Below, piece after piece: positions 29,810 through 40,360 of a DNA stretch of 64,000 nt. The first letter of the stretch is position 1, and the number at the start of each line of letters is the position of its first letter. Origin of the DNA: an uncultured Rhodospirillaceae bacterium (GTDB lineage Bacteria; Pseudomonadota; Alphaproteobacteria; UBA7887); assembly GCA_964515905.1 (NCBI GenBank), contig CAZEWK010000086.1, positions 66,265 through 130,264 of the forward strand. Direction: 5' to 3'. The notes beneath the pieces are model-generated. The model ran no database searches and was not told where the DNA came from. It was given only the letters and a program-made list of their open reading frames with translations. The position numbers and the translations under genes were made by a program.

Positions 29810-32569
29810 ATGAAACAGCGCGACATTATAAAGCGTCGGAAGTTAAGTGGTGACGTTGCCGCTTTGGTCAAACAGATTTCAAGCCCGCTAGAAAGACGGG
29901 CCGAACTGGTTCATTTGTTGAAATCAACGTTGGTGGCCGGTCAAGCGGTGATCCGGGGTTCGTTCATGAATGGTAAGAAGGGTCCGGATGTTGCTGCTGC
30001 CAACAGTTTTTTGGTGGATCAAATAATCACGGTTGTTTTTGAGTATGTAGATGGATTTGTTTTTCCAACAGCGAATCCAACTTCGGCAGACCGGCTTACC
30101 CTTATTGCAGTGGGCGGTTATGGTCGAGAGGAGATGGCCCCGTTTTCCGACGTGGATATTTTGTTCTTGTATCCCTGGAAAATTACCCCCCGTGCAGAAC
30201 AAGTCATAGAGTACCTTCTCTATTTGTTTTGGGATCTTGGTTTTACTGTAGGGCATGCGACGCGGTCGATCGATGAATCCATTGCACGGGCAAAAAAGGA
30301 TGTAACAATTTGTACGAGCCTTTTGGAAGCCCGTTTTCTGTGTGGTGAGCAAGCTTTATTTCTGGAACTCCAGGACCGTTTCAAAGCCGAAGTAGTAGAC
30401 GAGGGTAGTTCAGACTTTTTATCTGCCAAGCTTTCGGAACGTGACTCGCGTCACGCACAAATGGGAGACTCTCGTTATGTGCTTGAGCCAAATGTAAAAG
30501 ATGGAAAGGGGGGGCTCCGAGATTTGCATACACTCTTCTGGATATCCAGGTATCTGTACAGAATAGTACAAATCGATGATCTAATTACATTTGGTGTATT
30601 GCGAGCTGAGGAAATCAAAATATTCCGAAGAGCTCACACATTTCTGTGGTCCGTTCGGTGTTATTTGCATTATGCAGCGGGTCGAGCTGACGATCGTCTT
30701 ACGTTTGATAAGCAATTGGTCATTGCTGAAGCCATGAACTATGTCGAGCGTCCCAATGTTCCTGGTGTTGAGCGATTCATGAAATATTATTATAGGGTGG
30801 TGAAAGATGTAGGGAATTTGACACGTATTTTCTGTGCTGCCCTGGAGGTGGAACACCAGCATCCGAGTAGGTTCGGTCTTCCATGGATAAAACGATCTGG
30901 TCGAACACTCGACGGATTTGTGGTGGGCCATGGGCGCCTTAACGTACAGTCTGATGAGGCTTTCGTTGAGGATCCAGTGAAAATGATAGATTTGTTTAGA
31001 ATAGCCCAGAAAAACAAACTGGATATTCACCCGCATGCTTTACGTTTGATTACAAGAAGCCTCAATAAAATCGATGGGCACTTGCGCACAAACCAAGTTG
31101 CAAACAAGTACTTCCTGGAAATACTGACTTCTAAAATAGATCCCGAGACGACACTCCGGCGGATGAATGAAGCTGGGGTGTTGGGTCGTTTTATTCTTGA
31201 TTTTGGGCGTGTTGTGGCACAGATGCAGCATGACATGTATCATTCTTATACTGTCGATGAACACACTGTGTTTGCAATTGGGATTTTGTCCCGTATTGAA
31301 AACAGAACACTCGGTGAAGAGTTTCCCTTGGCAACAGAAATTGTTGGGGAAATGCTTTCACGGGAGGTGCTCTATTTGGCTCTTTTCCTTCATGATATTG
31401 GGAAGGGACGTGGAGGGAACCATTCCGTAATTGGCGCAAGAATAGCGCGTAAAATGGCACCAAGATTGGGTTTGAGTGCGGAGGAGACAGAAACCGTCGC
31501 CTGGTTGGTAGAACATCATTTATTATTTTCAAATACGGCATTTAAACGGGACATTGGCGATCCACGAACAGTGCAACATTTTCTAGAAGTGGTGCAATCT
31601 TTGGAGCGCCTTCGCCTGCTATTCGTTTTAACCGTTGCTGATATACGCGCCGTGGGACCGAAGGTATGGAATGGTTGGAAAGGCCAACTTATGAGTGACC
31701 TTTATCATGAAGCGGCGGCAGTGTTAAGCGCTGGTCGCACTCGCTTTGACCGACCTCAACGAGTTGAGGCTGCAAAGGAGTCCCTTCGGGTGGAACTTGA
31801 CGATTGGCCGGACCAGGAAAAAGAGTACCATCTTGGACGCGGCTATCCTAGTTACTGGTTGTCTTTTGAAACAGGGGCGCACGTACGCCACGCCATATTT
31901 ATGCGTGGTGCAGATAAAGCGAAAAAGAACTTTTCTATAGATATTCGAGTTGATAAATCTCGTTCCGTTACTGAGGTGATCGTTTATTGTCCGGTACACC
32001 ACGGATTATTTGCCGGGATAGCCGGCGCTATAGCAGTAATGGGGGCTAATATAGTAGATGCACGCGTTTCTTCTACAACAGACGGTATGGCCCTAGATGT
32101 TTTTTGGATTCAAGATTCGAGAGGGAGTGCGTTTAGCAGGAACAAGCATCTCGATAAACTGAGAATTATTATAGAGGAAACTCTCACAAAAGACTTCAAA
32201 CCAACAGACGTTTTAGCCCAACGTACTTCGTTGCCTAGCCGAACAAAGGTTCTAACAATTGCTCCACGTGTTTTAATTGATAACAATGCGAGTGCGACCT
32301 ATACGGTCGTTGAAGTCAACGCAAGAGATAAGGTTGGTTTGTTGTACGAAATTACTAAAACGTTGGTGACATTGCGCCTGTCAATTGGCTCTGCACGGAT
32401 TACGACGTACGGTGTGAGGGCAGTTGATGTCTTTTATGTTAAAGATATGTTTGGAATGAAGATCACCAACAATGAACATATTGAGCGAATACAAAAAACC
32501 TTATTAGATGTTCTATTACGAGAAGACGACACAGGCACTATGCATGGCGCGGCGGCCTCTGCCGCGTAG
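29810..32569 (+). CDS. glnD: [protein-PII] uridylyltransferase / uridylyl-removing enzyme
   Basis: 919 aa with a nucleotidyltransferase domain (GGYGREEMAPFSDVDILFL), an HD domain (HDIGKG) and two C-terminal ACT domains. Confidence 0.93.
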   Translation: MKQRDIIKRRKLSGDVAALVKQISSPLERRAELVHLLKSTLVAGQAVIRGSFMNGKKGPDVAAANSFLVDQIITVVFEYVDGFVFPTANPTSADRLTLIAVGGYGREEMAPFSDVDILFLYPWKITPRAEQVIEYLLYLFWDLGFTVGHATRSIDESIARAKKDVTICTSLLEARFLCGEQALFLELQDRFKAEVVDEGSSDFLSAKLSERDSRHAQMGDSRYVLEPNVKDGKGGLRDLHTLFWISRYLYRIVQIDDLITFGVLRAEEIKIFRRAHTFLWSVRCYLHYAAGRADDRLTFDKQLVIAEAMNYVERPNVPGVERFMKYYYRVVKDVGNLTRIFCAALEVEHQHPSRFGLPWIKRSGRTLDGFVVGHGRLNVQSDEAFVEDPVKMIDLFRIAQKNKLDIHPHALRLITRSLNKIDGHLRTNQVANKYFLEILTSKIDPETTLRRMNEAGVLGRFILDFGRVVAQMQHDMYHSYTVDEHTVFAIGILSRIENRTLGEEFPLATEIVGEMLSREVLYLALFLHDIGKGRGGNHSVIGARIARKMAPRLGLSAEETETVAWLVEHHLLFSNTAFKRDIGDPRTVQHFLEVVQSLERLRLLFVLTVADIRAVGPKVWNGWKGQLMSDLYHEAAAVLSAGRTRFDRPQRVEAAKESLRVELDDWPDQEKEYHLGRGYPSYWLSFETGAHVRHAIFMRGADKAKKNFSIDIRVDKSRSVTEVIVYCPVHHGLFAGIAGAIAVMGANIVDARVSSTTDGMALDVFWIQDSRGSAFSRNKHLDKLRIIIEETLTKDFKPTDVLAQRTSLPSRTKVLTIAPRVLIDNNASATYTVVEVNARDKVGLLYEITKTLVTLRLSIGSARITTYGVRAVDVFYVKDMFGMKITNNEHIERIQKTLLDVLLREDDTGTMHGAAASAA

Positions 32570-32610
32570 GAATTTCTTGCTTATTCTGAATGCTTTTTTT
32601 AGGAAGTAAA

Positions 32611-33828
32611 ATGAAAATCACTGGTATTGAAGATTTACATTGCGACGCAGGATGGAGGGTTTTTTCCTTCCTGAAAATTATGACTGATGAAGGCCTGGTT
32701 GGGTATTCGGAGTACAACGAGGGCTATGGATCCAAGGGTTTGACTGGTGTGATTAGACCACTTGCCGATAGTTTGATTGGAATGGACCCACGAGCGGTTG
32801 GTAGAATTAGCGCAAGTCTTCATGGACAGACGCGACAGGCACCTGGTGGTATGATTGCTCAAGCTATTGCGGCGATAGAGAACGCTTTGGTGGATATCAA
32901 GGCAAAGGCTCTGGGTGTTCCGGTTTACGAGATGTTGGGCGGGGCTGTTAGAGATGAGATCCAGTTGTATTGGTCTCATTGTGGCACTTACAGACTGCAC
33001 CACCACGAAATTTTGGGTGTCAAACAGCTTAATTCCTTAGATGGTTGCCGGGAACTGGGGAGAGAGGTTGCTGATGCTGGATTTAGTGCCCTGAAGACGA
33101 ATATGTTCTTATTTGAAGAGGAAGGGCCCGGACGGGTTCATGGTCCGCAGGTATATATGCCAGGATTTTCAAGTAGAGCGAGCGATGGATTGAATGAGGG
33201 TTTGTGGGATCTTGCCCTAAACCCAGACGATAGGATTAAAAAGGCAGTACGAAATCAGATTCTAGCATTGCAAGAGGGAGCGGGTCCCGGCGTTAAGGTC
33301 CATTTGGATATTAACTTCAACTTCAAGACCGAGGGCTTCCTCGGGATGGTGCACGAACTTGACGATCTTGGCCTTCAATGGTTTGAGATTGATACTTATA
33401 ACCCGACAGCTCTCCGGGATATTCGAAGATCATGTAAGACACCAATTGCGTCTTGTGAATCGTTGTACGGGCGTCGGCAATACAGGCCGTTTTTTGAACA
33501 GCACTCTGTAGATGTTGCAATAATCGATGTGCCGTGGAATGGAATTCTAGAGTCGGTAAAAATTGCGGCAATGGCTGAACCCTATGAGATTAATGTCGCG
33601 CCACACAACTTTTATGGGCATCTGTCGACACTAATGAGCGCCCATTTTTGCGCGGTTGTTCCCCATCTCAGAATAATGGAAATCGATCCTGATGATGTTC
33701 CTTGGAAGGATGACTTGGTTACAGTCCCACCCGTCATTGAGAATGGATATTTAAAATTGCCAACGGGACCTGGTTGGGGAGCAGATCCTGACGAGGAAGT
33801 CATTCGGGCACACCCTCCTAAAAGGTAA
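32611..33828 (+). CDS. enolase-superfamily enzyme, ManD/RspA-like (mannonate/galactonate dehydratase-like subgroup)
   Basis: Starts MKITGIEDL...FLKIMTDEGLVGYSE and contains ALVDIKAKALGVPVYEMLGG, closely mirroring the layout of RspA and D-galactonate dehydratase. The likely start is the internal Met at 32611. Confidence 0.75.
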   Translation: MKITGIEDLHCDAGWRVFSFLKIMTDEGLVGYSEYNEGYGSKGLTGVIRPLADSLIGMDPRAVGRISASLHGQTRQAPGGMIAQAIAAIENALVDIKAKALGVPVYEMLGGAVRDEIQLYWSHCGTYRLHHHEILGVKQLNSLDGCRELGREVADAGFSALKTNMFLFEEEGPGRVHGPQVYMPGFSSRASDGLNEGLWDLALNPDDRIKKAVRNQILALQEGAGPGVKVHLDINFNFKTEGFLGMVHELDDLGLQWFEIDTYNPTALRDIRRSCKTPIASCESLYGRRQYRPFFEQHSVDVAIIDVPWNGILESVKIAAMAEPYEINVAPHNFYGHLSTLMSAHFCAVVPHLRIMEIDPDDVPWKDDLVTVPPVIENGYLKLPTGPGWGADPDEEVIRAHPPKR

Positions 33829-33872
33829 GGTAGCCCCGATAGCTATTTATTGTATTTGGGACACGAAGGTAT

Positions 33873-35585
33873 ATGCACGATCTTGTTATACGGAATGGCA
33901 CAATTATTGATGGTTCTGGCAAGAAACGTTATGTCGGTGACCTTTCAGTCGATAATGGACTTATAAGTAAAGTGGGGTCAGATGTTTCAGCAGGTCGTAG
34001 GGAAATTGACGCAACCGATCTTTTTGTTCTACCGGGTTGGGTAGACGTTCATGCTCATTATGACGGTCAAGCAACGTGGGATCCTTATCTAACACCGTCT
34101 ACGTGGCATGGTGTAACAACGAGCATTTTTGGTAATTGTGGTGTTGGTTTTGCCCCGGTTAAAGCGGGCACCGAGGATTATCTAATCAATCTCATGCAGG
34201 GGGTAGAAGATATTCCGGGCACCGTTTTATCGGAAGGCATGAATTTCGACTGGGAAAGCTTTCCAGAATATCTCGATGTCTTGGAATCCATGCCACGAGC
34301 GATTGATATAGGTGCTCAGGTGCCACACGGAGCACTTCGTTTCTTTGTTATGGGTGAACGTGGTGCTGATCACAAAAATATTCCGTATGATGGCGAAGTA
34401 GAGCAAATGGCCCTCCTGCTTGAAGAGGCGTTAAACTCTGGCGCCCTTGGGTTTACCACATCAAGGACTACAAAACACAAAGCGGCAGACGGGCGGTTTA
34501 CACCGAGCCTTTCCGCGAACAAAAAAGAGCTTCTCGGTCTTGCCAGAGCGATGCGCCGCGCTGGAAAGGGGGTTTTCGAATGCAATTCCGATTTTGGGCC
34601 TGGCGAGTTTGCAGCCTTAAGAGAAGTTGCAGAAATTTCTGGACGTCCTTTGTCAGTATTGCTGTTGCAGGTTGATGCTTACCCAGACCTATGGCGAGAT
34701 ACCCTTTCTCAAATCCATGCCGCAAATAGAGCAGGTATCAATGTTAACGGCCAAGTAGGTTGCCGGCCGATAGGTATTCTGATGGGCTTGGAAACTAGTT
34801 TACACCCTTTTTCCACTCATCCTGCGTGGAAGAAACTAGAGTCTTTATCACCTAGTGAACGTGTACAGAGAATCGAGCAAGATGGAAATTTAAGACGTTC
34901 GCTTATAGAGACTAGGCCTAAAGACCCGCACACTACTTGGATGGAATGTTCGTTGTCGAAATCGTACGAATTTGGGGATCCCCCGGACTATGAGCCGGAC
35001 CCTACGTATAGTATTAGTGCTCGCGCGGAGAAAGGTGACCGAGACCCATGGGATTTAGCCCTTGAGCTTATGTTAAGAAATAACGGAAAGGGACTTTTGC
35101 TATACCCATTTGAAAATTACACTGGGGGAAATTTAGAGGTTGTTCGAGAAATGCTCAAAGACGAATACACAATCTGTGGGCTTGGTGATGCGGGGGCTCA
35201 TGTTGCCACTATCTGTGACGCTAGCTATCCGACATTTATGCTGACTCATTGGGCTCGAGACCGTAAGCGTGGCAAAGGGCTTCCTATGGAGTACCTGATA
35301 GCAAAGCAGACCTCTAAAACAGCCCGGGCATTTGGACTATCCGATCGTGGTGTGCTTGCGCGTGGATATCAAGCAGATATCAATATTGTTGATTTTTCAA
35401 CTCTAGCGGTTACTGAACCTGAGTTGGTTTACGATTTGCCAGCGGGCGGACGCCGGTTTATTCAACGTGCAGTCGGGTATAACCATACATTTGTAAGAGG
35501 GGTAGAGGTGCTTCACCAAGGTGAACTTACAGGTGCACTACCCGGGGCCTTAATTCGTGGCTCGCAGACTAAGCTGGTGCGGTAA
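33873..35585 (+). CDS. D-aminoacylase family amidohydrolase (N-acyl-D-amino-acid deacylase-like)
   Basis: 570 aa with the metal-binding motif GWVDVHAHYDG and the GNCGVGFAP motif typical of Amidohydro_3 D-aminoacylases. Confidence 0.75.
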   Translation: MHDLVIRNGTIIDGSGKKRYVGDLSVDNGLISKVGSDVSAGRREIDATDLFVLPGWVDVHAHYDGQATWDPYLTPSTWHGVTTSIFGNCGVGFAPVKAGTEDYLINLMQGVEDIPGTVLSEGMNFDWESFPEYLDVLESMPRAIDIGAQVPHGALRFFVMGERGADHKNIPYDGEVEQMALLLEEALNSGALGFTTSRTTKHKAADGRFTPSLSANKKELLGLARAMRRAGKGVFECNSDFGPGEFAALREVAEISGRPLSVLLLQVDAYPDLWRDTLSQIHAANRAGINVNGQVGCRPIGILMGLETSLHPFSTHPAWKKLESLSPSERVQRIEQDGNLRRSLIETRPKDPHTTWMECSLSKSYEFGDPPDYEPDPTYSISARAEKGDRDPWDLALELMLRNNGKGLLLYPFENYTGGNLEVVREMLKDEYTICGLGDAGAHVATICDASYPTFMLTHWARDRKRGKGLPMEYLIAKQTSKTARAFGLSDRGVLARGYQADINIVDFSTLAVTEPELVYDLPAGGRRFIQRAVGYNHTFVRGVEVLHQGELTGALPGALIRGSQTKLVR

Positions 35586-35795
35586 AACTGACAGATCCTC
35601 GACCAGTGGTACGCCATTATTTGCCTTAATTTACTTCCACAATTTGCATTTGGTAAATTACTTGATTGACGCGTTGCTGGCATTAGTAATTATTGTGACA
35701 GTCTCAGTCCGGGGCTATTTCGTGTTGACTTCATGGATTGGTTATTCGTAAGGAACTGTTTCAAATTGGGTCTCATTCAAATAGCAGAATAAGCA

Positions 35796-37334
35796 ATGTT
35801 AATTCGTTTCGCGGCGACGGTGGGCGGTCTTACGATGGTATCCCGCATATTAGGCTTTGCGCGGGATATCCTAATTGCGGGCTTTTTGGGTGCAAGTTCC
35901 GCCGGTGACGCATTCTTCATAGCCTTTAAATTTCCAAATCTTTTTCGAAGGCTATTTTCAGAGGGTGCATTTAGCCTGGCATTTGTGCCGTTATTTGCCA
36001 GGCAGTTGGAAATTAATGGGCGCAGTTCTGCACGGTTTTTTGCTGAAGAAGTGTTAGCAATTCTAATTTGGGTGCTGCTATTGATCGTAATACTCGCGCA
36101 AATTTTCATGCCTTGGCTAATGCTATTAATTGCCCCGGGTTTTTCTAGTGATGCCGATAAATTCGATCTGACCGTATACCTAGCTCGGTTAACATTTCCG
36201 TACTTATTGTTTATCTCAATCGTGTCGCTACTAGGTGGTATATTGAACAGTCTGGAGCGATTTGCAGCTGCAGCAGCAGCGCCTATTTTTCTGAACCTCT
36301 GTTTGATAGCCTCTTTGCTAGCCGCTACGAAATTGTCGGTGCCTCCGACCCACTCTCTTTCATGGGGTGTTGCTTTGGCAGGGGTAATCCAATTTCTTTG
36401 GCTCGCTTGGAACTGTAAACGACTAGATATGCTTCCTAGCTTGCGTTTTCCTCAGTTCACCCGGGGGGTTACGGAATTGTTCCAATTAATGCTGCCTGCA
36501 GTTGTGGGAGCCGGCGTCATGCAATTAAATCTGCTTGTAGATATGATTATTGCCTCTTTTTTATCCGATGGTTCTATCTCCCATTTGTACTACGCGGACC
36601 GTTTGGTGCAATTACCACTGGGGGTCATCGGTGTTGCTATGGGTACAGCATTGCTTCCTACGTTGACACGGCAACTCGTCAGCGAAGAAACGGGGGCAGC
36701 CTTGGCTTCACAAAATCGAGCCATCGAATTTTCCTTGCTTGTCACCTTGCCTGCTGCTGCTGCCATGATGGTAATCGGAACCGAAATTGTCGGGGTGTTG
36801 TTTGAACGTGGTGCGTTTGATACAGCTGTCACCGCAACAGTCGCTGGTGTGTTAGTAGCTTATGCTCTAGGTCTACCGGCTTATGTTCTAATAAAAGTTC
36901 TTTCGCCAGCGTACTTTGCCCGTCAGGATCCTAAAACCCCGTTGCATGCAGCGTTAGTTGCGCTTGTTGTAAATGTGGTACTAAATCTGATATTTATGGT
37001 GCCCTTGGGGATCATTGGGATTGCCTTGGCAAGCGCTATCGCATCTTGGGTGAACGTAGTCATTTTAGCCAAAGGTCTAATGAGACGAGGATATCTGAGG
37101 CCAGATAACGTACTGCGGCGGCGACTGCCAAGAATGCTATTAGCATGTTTTGGAATGGCTATCGCTTTGCTTTTTGCGTCCAATGCCTTATCTCCCCTTT
37201 TTGAAAGTAGTTTGGGTGAGCGAGTACTAGCTCTTTGCTGTCTGATAATTATTGGATTGGGTAGTTATGGTTTGGTCTGCGTATATATTGGTGCTGGTCG
37301 TTGGCAGGAATTGAAGGGGGCCGTGGGTAGGTAA
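35796..37334 (+). CDS. murJ: lipid II flippase MurJ (MviN)
   Basis: 512 aa starting GLTMVSRILGFARDILIAGFLGASSAGDAFFIAFKFPNLFRRLFSEGAFS. This is the conserved glnD-murJ-trpS neighbourhood. Confidence 0.93.
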   Translation: MLIRFAATVGGLTMVSRILGFARDILIAGFLGASSAGDAFFIAFKFPNLFRRLFSEGAFSLAFVPLFARQLEINGRSSARFFAEEVLAILIWVLLLIVILAQIFMPWLMLLIAPGFSSDADKFDLTVYLARLTFPYLLFISIVSLLGGILNSLERFAAAAAAPIFLNLCLIASLLAATKLSVPPTHSLSWGVALAGVIQFLWLAWNCKRLDMLPSLRFPQFTRGVTELFQLMLPAVVGAGVMQLNLLVDMIIASFLSDGSISHLYYADRLVQLPLGVIGVAMGTALLPTLTRQLVSEETGAALASQNRAIEFSLLVTLPAAAAMMVIGTEIVGVLFERGAFDTAVTATVAGVLVAYALGLPAYVLIKVLSPAYFARQDPKTPLHAALVALVVNVVLNLIFMVPLGIIGIALASAIASWVNVVILAKGLMRRGYLRPDNVLRRRLPRMLLACFGMAIALLFASNALSPLFESSLGERVLALCCLIIIGLGSYGLVCVYIGAGRWQELKGAVGR

Positions 37335-37511
37335 AGACGTATCGATCCGACGGTTGGAGATTGGGGAAATGCCAGTAAATCAAATCATATAGTTTTTAAC
37401 TGGAGGTAGGGATTGGCACCCCGATCAGGAATTTTTGTAAATGTCTTTGTATAGAAGATTGACCGGAGGGACCGAGGACGATACACCGCCAAGTATATTC
37501 TTCGCGACGGG

Positions 37512-38510
37512 GTGCTAATGAACCGTATCTTCTCTGGTGTGCAGCCGACTGGGAACCTGCATCTTGGAAATTACCTGGGTGCAATTAGAAACTGGGTCCG
37601 CCTGCAGGATCAATATGATTGTATATATTGTGTTGTGGATCTACACGCTATTACCATACCTCAACAACCATCTGAGTTACGAAACAATATCCGGGAAGTG
37701 ACAGCTGGCCTATTGGCTGCGGGAATAGACCCTAAAAAAAATATCATTTTTAATCAAAGTCGGGTGGCGGGCCATTCTGAGCTTGCGTGGATATTTAATT
37801 GTGTCGCACGTCTGGGATGGCTTAATCGTATGACACAGTTTAAAGAAAAGGCAGGGAAGCATCGCGATAATGCCACTGTCGGACTTTATGCTTACCCAAC
37901 GCTGATGGCCGCTGATATCCTGCTCTACAAAGCCACGCATGTGCCGGTAGGCGAGGATCAGAAACAACATTTGGAGTTGACGCGAGACATTGGTAAAGCT
38001 TTCAATAGTATGGTTGATAGTGAAGTATTTCCTTTGCCAGAACCTATAATTTTTGACGCGGCAGCAAGGGTCATGAGTCTCCGAGATGGCTCGAAGAAGA
38101 TGAGTAAATCGGACGAATCAGACTATTCTAGGATTAATATGACGGATGATGCTGATACTATTGCGCTTAAGATAAGAAAGGCACGTACTGATCCTGAAGT
38201 GCTTCCGGGAGTTTCAAATGGCCTTGTCGGCAGAGAAGAAGCTAAAAACTTACTGGGGATTTACGGTGCGCTATCTGATAGAACTATCGACGAAGTTTGT
38301 GAAGAATTTGCGGGTCAGCCATTTTCGTCTTTTAAGGTAAGGTTGATTGAATTAGCCGTCAGTGAATTAAATCCCATTGGAGCTGAGATAAGACGTTTTT
38401 CGGAAAACCCTGGCCATATTGATCAGGTGTTGTCAGAGGGGGCGGAACGCGCGTCCCGTATCGCTCGACCGATACTTGAAGAAGTAAAAAGTGTTGTTGG
38501 TCTAAGCTAA
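37512..38510 (+). CDS. trpS: tryptophan--tRNA ligase
   Basis: 332 aa with the motifs [13 protein letters not shown] and KMSKS. Confidence 0.93.
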   Translation: MLMNRIFSGVQPTGNLHLGNYLGAIRNWVRLQDQYDCIYCVVDLHAITIPQQPSELRNNIREVTAGLLAAGIDPKKNIIFNQSRVAGHSELAWIFNCVARLGWLNRMTQFKEKAGKHRDNATVGLYAYPTLMAADILLYKATHVPVGEDQKQHLELTRDIGKAFNSMVDSEVFPLPEPIIFDAAARVMSLRDGSKKMSKSDESDYSRINMTDDADTIALKIRKARTDPEVLPGVSNGLVGREEAKNLLGIYGALSDRTIDEVCEEFAGQPFSSFKVRLIELAVSELNPIGAEIRRFSENPGHIDQVLSEGAERASRIARPILEEVKSVVGLS

Positions 38511-38675
38511 GATCGCATATTTCCCACCGTTGTTTTTGTCAGGCTGTAGAGCGGGTATGTGACTCCGCGGACCAATATTTGGACACTGAATTAATCAAAT
38601 TAGAAGAAAACACTTGCTTAGACGAGACTCTAGGCGCAAAACATTTTTAAAATCAATTTTTGCTAAATAACCACG

Positions 38676-39590
38676 ATGGAAATATATCTCCCCATCGCCG
38701 AAATGTCGGTTAACATCGTATTGCTGCTAGGCATGGGCGCGGGCGTAGGGTTTTTATCGGGAATGTTTGGTGTGGGTGGCGGTTTTCTGATGACGCCGTT
38801 GTTGATTTTTATTGGTATTCCGCCGCCAGTAGCCGTTGCTACAGAGGCAAATCAAATTACAGCTGCGTCTGTTTCTGGATTCCTGGCCCATTGGCGAAGA
38901 GGCAATGTGGACCTCAAAATGGGATCTGTGCTGGTTATTTTTGGCGGCATTGGATCCGCGCTAGGAGTTTGGTTATTCAGTAAATTGCGCTCAATTGGGC
39001 AAGTCGATGAATTCATTTCGCTTGTTTTTGTTTTCTTTTTAGGCGTTGTTGGAGCATTGATGGCCCTAGAGAGCGGACATTCAATATTGCGGCGACGGCG
39101 GGGCGGGAAGCCTAAACGAATGCACGTTCACTACTGGGTGCATGGGCTGCCCCTAAAGATGCGTTTCCGTAAGTCAAAACTATACATCAGTGCCCTGGTG
39201 CCTGCCGGAATTGGAATTTTTGTTGGGGTTTTGTCTGCGATTATGGGTGTGGGTGGAGGGTTTATACTCATTCCGGCTATGATTTATTTGCTTGGGATGC
39301 CAACAGCGATGGTAGTTGGCACGTCATTGTTCCAAATTATTTTTGTGACTGCTAACAGCACCCTTTTGCACGCAGGCACTAACCAGACAGTCGACATATT
39401 GCTAGCACTGATTCTTCTCTTGGGCGCGGTTGTGGGAGCTCAATTTGGGACCCGCGTTGGTGCGCGCTTGAGAGGTGAAGAGCTGCGGATCTTATTGGCA
39501 CTGCTGGTCATCACTGTTTGTGTCAAATTGGCGTTCAACTTATTAACAACACCCGCCGACATTTTTTCCAGTGTTCCTTTAATTCAATGA
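38676..39590 (+). CDS. TSUP/TauE-SafE family (DUF81) membrane transporter
   Basis: 304 aa with an internally duplicated 4-TM unit; both halves carry GVGGGF motifs. Confidence 0.8.
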   Translation: MEIYLPIAEMSVNIVLLLGMGAGVGFLSGMFGVGGGFLMTPLLIFIGIPPPVAVATEANQITAASVSGFLAHWRRGNVDLKMGSVLVIFGGIGSALGVWLFSKLRSIGQVDEFISLVFVFFLGVVGALMALESGHSILRRRRGGKPKRMHVHYWVHGLPLKMRFRKSKLYISALVPAGIGIFVGVLSAIMGVGGGFILIPAMIYLLGMPTAMVVGTSLFQIIFVTANSTLLHAGTNQTVDILLALILLLGAVVGAQFGTRVGARLRGEELRILLALLVITVCVKLAFNLLTTPADIFSSVPLIQ

Positions 39591-40357
39591 AAATTGAATC
39601 CTTAAAACTCGGCAATGTGGCTTGTGTCCTGTTTGCAGTTTGTATGATATGTAAGGTAAAACCACTCCATTGTGAGTCATTAGCACTGGATTTCAGCCAA
39701 CACCAAATTGCAATTGATTCGAGTTTTACAGGCGCTCAGGTGCTTTTGTTTGGAGCTGTACAGAAGGTAATAAACGGTAATATCATTGTGGTGCTGAAGG
39801 GGCCTAACCACCCTACGGTGGTTCGTCGAAAAGCCCGTACGGCAGGTATTTGGTTAAATCGTAATGAAGTAGTCTTTGAAGAGGCGCCTGGATATTACGC
39901 GCTTGCGACTTCTGCTCCTGTGAGTGAAATCTTGGACACTCGACAAAGAGAAGCCAATCAAATTGGCCTAAATAATATTCAATTAGTGCCCGCTGGCATT
40001 ACTGCAAGGGGCGGCAGTTATGCACAATATCAAAGTGCATTACTGAGACACAAAGTAGAGCAGGGGTTGTATTTCGAAAAACCCATACCGATTGAATTTG
40101 TAGGAGTGAATTTATTTAGGGCGCGTTTCACCTTTCCGTCGTCTGTGCCACCGGGTACTTATCGAGCTATGGTTCACCAAGTGGAAGATGGAACTGTGGT
40201 CGCGACGGGTTCAACTAGCCTGAACATTAGGAAAACGGGCATTGAGGCCCGAATATATCAGACGGCCCATGACAGCCCCTGGCTATATGGTATCCTTGCT
40301 GTAGTTCTTGCCTTGATGGCAGGATGGTTAGCCAGCGCAATTTTTAGAAGAAGTTAA
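39587..40357 (+). CDS. conserved hypothetical secreted/membrane-anchored protein, TIGR02186-like, partnered with the DUF81 transporter
   Basis: The ATG overlaps the tauE stop (ATGA). It has an N-terminal signal-like hydrophobic segment and a C-terminal transmembrane anchor (WLYGILAVVLALMAGWL). No enzymatic motifs are visible. Confidence 0.55.
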   Translation: MKIESLKLGNVACVLFAVCMICKVKPLHCESLALDFSQHQIAIDSSFTGAQVLLFGAVQKVINGNIIVVLKGPNHPTVVRRKARTAGIWLNRNEVVFEEAPGYYALATSAPVSEILDTRQREANQIGLNNIQLVPAGITARGGSYAQYQSALLRHKVEQGLYFEKPIPIEFVGVNLFRARFTFPSSVPPGTYRAMVHQVEDGTVVATGSTSLNIRKTGIEARIYQTAHDSPWLYGILAVVLALMAGWLASAIFRRS

Positions 40358-40360
40358 CTT

